Part shown: one piece after another, positions 32,947-37,233 of the stretch
How the letters are laid out: each line of letters opens with the position of its first letter
Numbering within the stretch: the stretch's first letter is position 1
DNA from: Octopus bimaculoides
Taxonomy: Eukaryota
NCBI RefSeq assembly: GCF_001194135.2
Contig: NC_068994.1
Coordinates: 3,625,964 to 3,663,196 of the forward strand
Direction of reading: 5' to 3'
DNA: 37,233 bases
Made by a program: the position numbers and the translations under genes
Notes under the pieces: generated by a model
The model's input: the letters and a program-made list of their open reading frames with translations, nothing else
The model's database searches: none
Told to the model about the DNA's origin: nothing

Positions 32947-33729
32947 CTATCTATCTATCTGTCCGTCCGTCCGTACGTGTATACTTCTGTGTGTTTGCTT
33001 CTAGCGCCAAAAACTACTGTAGCTCAAAAAAGCAGAATATCCAGTCAGCCATGCCAAATCATCAGCATCCAAACGACTGCGCCCAATCGTCCGAGGGTGG
33101 GGTGGTGACCATCGATAAACATACAGCACAAAATTACTTGCAAAGGTTTTGTAGAGAAAAACGTAAGTGTTGAAGATGAAGACGATCACAGAACAACCAT
33201 CAGCGAATGACAACATAAAAGAGAACTGGGATGCCATTGAATCCTTGCATATTTAACCCACCCCTCTCCACCTCACCATGACTCTTTCTGGATGTCTTCC
33301 TATTCTCCCAATCACCTTTATCTCTCTCTCTTTCTTCCTCTTTATATATGCCAGCAATCTGATTAACTCCCTGATCCACAGCTCCTTCTCACATACGTCT
33401 CTCTCTTCTGATCCCCTCAACTTCCTCCTTCAAACCAGCAATCTGATTAACCTCGTACTTTGCACCTGTTATACACATATCATCATTATAATCACCATTT
33501 TACATCTTGCATGATTTAAAGGGGTCTTTTCCAGGACAGGATCTCACCACCGACTGCGGTCCCTTCTCATCTCCGGGCTTTTTGTCTCCCATGTCTCTAT
33601 CTTAAACAATTTCCTTCCACACTTAACATTAACCAATGCTTTTTTTACCAAATTATTGTCCTTCGTAAACTTCGCATCTCCATACCAACCATCTTCTCTG
33701 TTTTACCTGTTTTTCTCCCAAGATTATTT

Positions 33730-33862
33730 GTGATCCATCCTTCATGAGGCCAAAGTTTCATCTGAATCAATCCAGCAGTTCTTGAGATATCTTGTCTGTG
33801 ACAAACAAACAAACAAACATGGCTGAAAAGAACACCTCCGCCTTCGCTAAGGCTGGGGTAAT
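33730..33862 (+). mobile_element. Helentron/DINE-1-like non-autonomous element 3' end
   Basis: AAGTTTCATC...TTGAGATATC, then (ACAA)n, then terminal hairpin ACCTCCGCCTT-cgct-AAGGCTGGGGT (33834-33859) followed by AATAA. The classification rests on this architecture only. Confidence 0.5.
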
Positions 33863-33894
33863 AATTCACATTACAACAAGGCAAAAAATGTTGG

Positions 33895-34502
33895 TGGGAG
33901 GGAGAAGCATAGTCAAATAACACTGAAACCCAAAATATAACTGGTACTTATTAATTTTATTGACCCCAGAGATATTAAAATAATAATTAAAAAAAAAAAA
34001 AGAGAAAAATCTCAAAGTTCAAATCCGTCAGAACTTGAACCCAGAACATAGCAGGATGAAACTAAATACTGTAAGGCATTTGATGAGGTGTTGGTGTCAT
34101 CAATGGTTTGTAAGATAGGCACAAGGTCACAGGGTGGGGGTAGTGCTGATCAAATCAGTCCTAGGTTGATAAAAAAGGCAATGTTGACCTCAGCAGGGAT
34201 TGAACTCAAAACAAAAAGACTTAATTAGAAAACATGTCTGTTACTTACCAATTTTACCACCCCACGATACTACTACTACTAATAATAATAATAATGGCTT
34301 CAAATTTTGGCCCATGGCCAGCAGTTTTGGGGAAGGGGGCTAAGTCAATTAAATGAAACCCCAGAGCTTAATTGGGACTTATATTATTGACCCCCAGGAA
34401 AGGCAAATTTGAACCCAGTGGAATTTAAACTTAGAACATAAAGATGAATGAAATGACTAAGCATCTTGTCCATCATGCTAACGATTCTGCCAGCTCATCA
34501 CC

Positions 34503-34541
<39 letters not shown>

Positions 34542-35530
34542 GTATTAGTAGCTGTTGTTTTTGATTTAGACAGAAAACTGGCAGTTTTTAGGGAAGGAGG
34601 TTAGTCAATAACACTGACCTCAGTACTTGAGAGCGGTACACAATTTTATGGACTCCAAAACAATGAAAGGCAAAGGTGACTTTCATGTGATTAGAACTCA
34701 GAACATAAAGTACCAGAGGAAATACCATTACGCATTTTCTCTGGCATGCTAACAGATGTGCCAAGTTGTTGCTTGATTAACCCTTTTGTTACGATATTTC
34801 TGTTGAGATGCTCTGTGGTTCTTTCAATTAATTTTAAATATAACGAAGAATTTAGTAAATTAACTTGGTTATCATTCAGCTAGTTAGGAACATAAATTGT
34901 GATTAAGGTTTGGTGGAAGATTTTAATACAAAACTTATGAAAACAAGACATTTGTACAACAGAGCCAGAGCTGGTTTCAGCCAGGTTGGTATCAAAAGGG
35001 TTAAGAATGATAACAATCCTTTGTACTATAGGCACAAAGCTGAAAGTATTGGGGGAGGAAGGTTAGTTGATTACATCGACCCTGAAAGGATGAAAGGCAA
35101 AGTCGACCTTGGCAGAATTTGAACTCAGAACACAAAGACAGATGAAGTGCTTGCTGAGCATTTTGCCCAGCGTGCTAACAAATCCACCAGCTTGCCATCT
35201 TAATAATGATAATAATAATAATAATAATAATATAATCCTTTCTACTATAGGCACAAGGCCTGCAATTTGGCAGGAGAGGGACTAGTTGATCACATTGACC
35301 CCGGTTTTTCACTGGTACTTAATTCATCGACCCCGAAATGATGAAAGGCAAAGTCAACCGTGGCAGAATTTGAACTCAGAACGTGAGGACGGACAAAGTA
35401 CTACTAAGCATTTCGCCCAGCGTGCTTTCCAATTTTGGCACAAGGCCAACTGATTACATTGAGGTCCCCAGTGCATGACTGGTACTTATTTGAGCTCAGA
35501 ACTTAAAGGAGCTGCAAGAAATACTGCTAT
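33895..35530 (-). mobile_element. Cluster of about 7 co-oriented family A SINE copies separated by (AAT)n
   Basis: GAACTCAGAAC, GAAAGGCAAA and GGTACTTA motifs recur at about 33895-34085, 34105-34245, 34280-34505, 34560-34772, 35020-35200, 35232-35425 and 35430-35530. Confidence 0.8.
34781..35000. mobile_element. piggyBac-like MITE (220 bp) with TTAA target-site duplication
   Basis: TTAA|CCCTTTTGTTAC ... GTATCAAAAGGG|TTAA gives 12-bp TIRs with 1 mismatch and TTAA on both sides (34777-34780, 35001-35004). An older copy lies at about 12473-12643. Confidence 0.85.
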
Positions 35531-35537
35531 TATTTAA

Positions 35538-35712
35538 CCCTTTAGCATTTCCATCAGCCATGTCTGGCATCTCACACCTACCCTACAATGTTATTTTAAC
35601 AATAATCACATCATCAAAATCTTGAAGTTACAAGATTAATTCTTGATCAATTCAAAAAATAATGTGAAAAAAATAAACCAAAATTTCACAGAATAATCTG
35701 AATGCCGAAGGG
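35538..35712. mobile_element. Second piggyBac-like MITE family (175 bp)
   Basis: TTAA|CCCTTTAGCATT ... AATGCCGAAGGG|TTGA (TIR with 2 mismatches). A solo right end AATGCTAAAGGG|TTAA lies at 25120-25135. Confidence 0.75.
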
Positions 35713-35910
35713 TTGAAACTGGCAGACATTTCGTCCAGCGTTCTTAAGATTTCCAACTTCGGTAGAAGGCCTCCCGCTGATACGAGAAATACTGGAAATG
35801 GAACCAGAGGCAGTAAACATTTAGTTCATATTTTATCACCTTGCTCCCCCCACCCATCCCTGAAATACAAGGCAAGGCTGACCTTGATCAAGTTTAAAAA
35901 AAAAAATTAT

Positions 35911-36500
35911 CATGTGTTAGGTAGCTTGCTTATCAGCCACATGGTTCCGGGTTCAGTCCCACTGTGTGACAACCTTGGCCAAGTGTCTTCTACTATAACC
36001 TCAGGTCGACCAAAGCCTTGTGAGTGGATTTGGTAGACGGAAACTGAAAGAAGCCTGTCGTACACACACACACATATATGTGCATGTATATGTTTGTGTG
36101 TGTGAACGTGTTTGTCCCCGTAACTTAGCGGTTCAGCAAAAGAGATCCGATATAAAGAATAACTCCTGGGGTCGATTTGCTCGACTAAAGGCGGTGCTCC
36201 AGCATGGCCGCATGGTAAAGAAGTTTGCTTTGCAGTCATAGGGTTTCAAGTTCAGTCCCAAGGCTCAGCATCTTGGGAAATTGTTTTAATTTAGCCACGG
36301 GCTGACCGATGTCTTGTGAGTGAATTTGGTCGATGGAAACAGTGTGGAAGTCTATTTGATATGTTTGTGTGTTTGTGTGCGTGTGTGATGTTTGCGTTTC
36401 CCCACCACCACTGCTTGATAACTAGTGCTGGTTTGTTTACATCCCCATAACTTTGTGGTTTGGTAAAAAAGAGACCAACAGAATAGGCACCAGACGTTTT
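35911..36500 (+). mobile_element. Two tandem SINE family B copies (35911-36215 and about 36215-36500)
   Basis: GGTTCAGTCCC...CCTTGGCCAAGTGTC...GGAAACTGAAAGAAGCC...GGCGGTGCTCCAGCATGGCCG, followed by an older copy of the same element. Confidence 0.85.
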
Positions 36501-36704
36501 TTTTCAATCAGCAACAAAAAAAAAAAAAAGATCACTCCCCACCCCCTCTCCAGAAAGAAGAACAACAACAAGACTACTATTCGTTTCCACACCCCATGGT
36601 GGAGGAGTAGGAGGAGGAAAATAAGTAAACATCTACACACCACCACCACCACCACTACCAGCATCACCACTATTTACCCTTGAAGTGTCTTCCAATGTTT
36701 GCAT

Positions 36705-36735
<31 letters not shown>

Positions 36736-37202
36736 TCTTGGAAAAAGACCCACAGGGCTGGGCCATGCTGGAAGCAGTCAAAATCGGGAGGAGGACAAAT
36801 GAAGGACTACATTGAAATAAATACAGCTAGGGGGTGTGGGTCCTCATCCCAACCTCAGTGACAATGGGACTAGCCTGGACTGCAGTGCTCACCTGACAGC
36901 CTCACACACACACACACACACACACAGGACTTTTTGACACCTTTGATGGGTTAATAAAATGTCTGTTTATACATGCATATAAAGTGTGCGTATGTGTGTC
37001 ACACATTTGATAAATTACAAAACTGAAGTACAATTTGTATGTACGTTTACCTGTGTGTTTATGCGGATGTTTAAAGGTGTATATAGTTAATGTGTACATG
37101 TATGATTCAGTTAAATGTGTATATACATGTAAACACATTTACATATACAAATGCACGTTCATACTTGTATGTCTGTGTGTGTGTGTGTGTGTGTGTATAT
37201 AT

Positions 37203-37233
<31 letters not shown>

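Overview
AT-rich, microsatellite-dense eukaryotic genomic DNA with three assembly gaps. It is most likely an octopus or other coleoid cephalopod, inferred from the repeat families and the gene type rather than from a search. There is one well-supported gene: an intronless 1213-aa C2H2 zinc-finger CDS (16565-20206, +). It has 25 tandem fingers arranged as a higher-order repeat of three finger types (ABC, ABCC', ABCC', ABCC', ABC, ABC, ABC, A), plus an isolated N-terminal finger and a degenerate C-terminal one. Eleven fingers carry an unusual Phe-Phe pair at helix positions +2/+3. The rest is transposon debris: several tRNA-derived SINE families, 3' ends of RTE-like LINEs, a decayed mariner, piggyBac-like TTAA MITEs and a Helentron-like end. 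A tRNA-headed repeat carries a Penelope-type minimal hammerhead ribozyme motif in two decayed copies, one of them with a 5' inversion. Candidate regulatory features are CpG-rich islands near 0.6-0.95 kb and 29.5-30.3 kb, palindromic repeat arrays and hairpins on both sides of the ZNF CDS, and a few unconfirmed exon candidates. Nearly all other ORFs in the track are microsatellite or repeat artefacts. All alignments and counts were done by eye.
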